From the human T2T-CHM13v2.0 reference genome, Homo sapiens, in NCBI RefSeq assembly GCF_009914755.1, contig NC_060937.1: DNA of 64,000 nucleotides; one strand, 5' to 3'. Numbering within the stretch: position 1 is the first letter of the stretch; each line of letters opens with the position of its first letter. Below are positions 63,101-64,000 of this stretch, piece after piece. Below the pieces are notes generated by a model. The model searched no databases, was not told the DNA's origin, and saw only the letters and a list, made by a program, of their open reading frames with translations. Both the position numbers and the translations under genes were made by a program.

Positions 63101-64000
63101 ATGAAGGTTCATCAAATATATTTTATATTCTGCACATAATATATCAAAGTACAGCAAATATATATTATATACTGTACATAAAATATCAAAGTACCCAAAA
63201 TTGTATTATATACTGTACATAAAATATGAAAGTAACCAAACATTTATAATAAACTGTACATAAAGTATCAAACTACTCAAACTACATATTATATACAGTA
63301 TATAAAACGTCAAAGTACCCAAACTGTATATTATATACTGTACATAATATATCAAAGTACCCAAATATATAGCATACTGTACATAAAATATCAAAGTACC
63401 CAAAATATATATTATATACTGTACATAAAATATCAAAATACCCAAAATATATATTATATACTGTACATAAATTACCAAAGTACCCAAAGTATATATTATG
63501 TACCGTACAAAAAATATCAAAGTAGCCAAAATATGTATCATACACTGTACTTAATATATGAAAGTACCCAAACATTTATAATAAACTGTAAATAAAATAT
63601 CAATGTACTCAAACTATATATTATGTGCGGTACATAAGATATCAAAGTACCCATGCTATATAGTATATACTGTACTTAAAATATCAAAATACCCAAAATA
63701 TATATTATATACGTTACATAAACTATCAAATACACAAAGTATGTATTATATACTGTACATAAAATAGCAAAGTTCCCAAAATATGTATTATATACTGTAC
63801 ATAAAATATGAAAGTACCCAACCATTTATAATAAACTCTACATAAAATACCAAAGTACCCAAACTGTGTATTATATACTGTCCATAAAATATCAAAGGAC
63901 CCAAAATATATATTGTAAACTCTACATAAAATATCAAAGTAGCCAAAATACATATTGTATACTGTACATAAAATATAAAAGTACCCCAAATATATATTAT

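Larger units (their letters stand above)
1..64000. repeat. HSat1A (Satellite 1/SAR)-type 42-bp tandem satellite array, about 1,500 monomers, single orientation, running off both window ends
   Basis: Continuous repetition of ACATAAAATATCAAAGTACCCAAAATATATATTATATACTGT-like 42-mers. Two GTAC (RsaI) sites per consensus monomer give the 17+25 bp A/B alternation that defines classical human satellite 1. All six-frame ORFs have a 14-aa period. The family assignment comes from recalling the consensus, not from a database search. Confidence 0.95.

Noticed and set aside
323-63989. Several hundred 60-248 aa ORFs on both strands (Y/I/F/C-rich, e.g. 35617-36363 and 9530-10129)
   Set aside because: 42 bp is divisible by 3, so stop-free frames of the monomer give 14-aa-periodic peptides that recur with each HOR. 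They overlap in several frames and strands, often start at non-ATG codons, and contain no recognisable domain. They are satellite translation artefacts.
1-64000. CRISPR-like alternation of a conserved core (CTGTACATAAAATAT) and variable segments
   Set aside because: The variable parts are homologous diverged copies of the same 25-bp unit that repeat with the HOR, not unique spacers. There are no cas genes or leader.
1-64000. Embedded transposon, unique island or strand inversion
   Set aside because: Reading through, I found no non-satellite stretch and no switch to the reverse-complement monomer. The largest non-consensus addition is about 10 bp. A very short insert could have been missed by eye.
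1-64000. TATA-box-like motifs (TATATAA, TATAAAA)
   Set aside because: They are expected in ~80% AT repeat DNA, and there is no promoter context.
1-64000. Assignment to alpha satellite, HSat1B/DYZ2 or HSat2/3, or to a specific chromosome
   Set aside because: There is no 171-bp monomer or CENP-B box, no Alu-containing ~2.4-kb unit and no CATTC repeats. The chromosome and species cannot be fixed without an alignment.

Overview
The whole 64 kb window is one uninterrupted, single-orientation array of a very AT-rich 42-bp tandem repeat (consensus about ACATAAAATATCAAAGT-ACCCAAAATATATATTATATACTGT, 8 of 42 bases G/C). It matches the classical human/hominid Satellite 1A (HSat1A/SAR: alternating 17-bp and 25-bp units bounded by RsaI GTAC sites), so this is most likely pericentromeric or acrocentric heterochromatin. 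I see no genes, RNA genes, transposons, CRISPR arrays or inversions. Every ORF in the track is a 14-aa-periodic translation of the repeat. The information lies in the higher-order structure, which I derived by hand from recurring diagnostic variants and ORF-track offsets. There is a 3013-bp, 72-monomer higher-order repeat (HOR), regular from about 20.0 to 48.6 kb, and a 3307-bp variant carrying a 294-bp (7-monomer) cassette. There are also about 6.0-kb and about 6.3-kb dimers, recurrences at 11.4, 41.5, 49.5 and 61.7 kb, six distinct deletion junctions (one out of monomer register and present twice), and one conversion-like patch. The most speculative idea is that a + strand transcript would carry a Pumilio-element match (UGUANAUA) in most monomers, plus recurrent AAUAAA signals. 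I cannot support a new gene system here.
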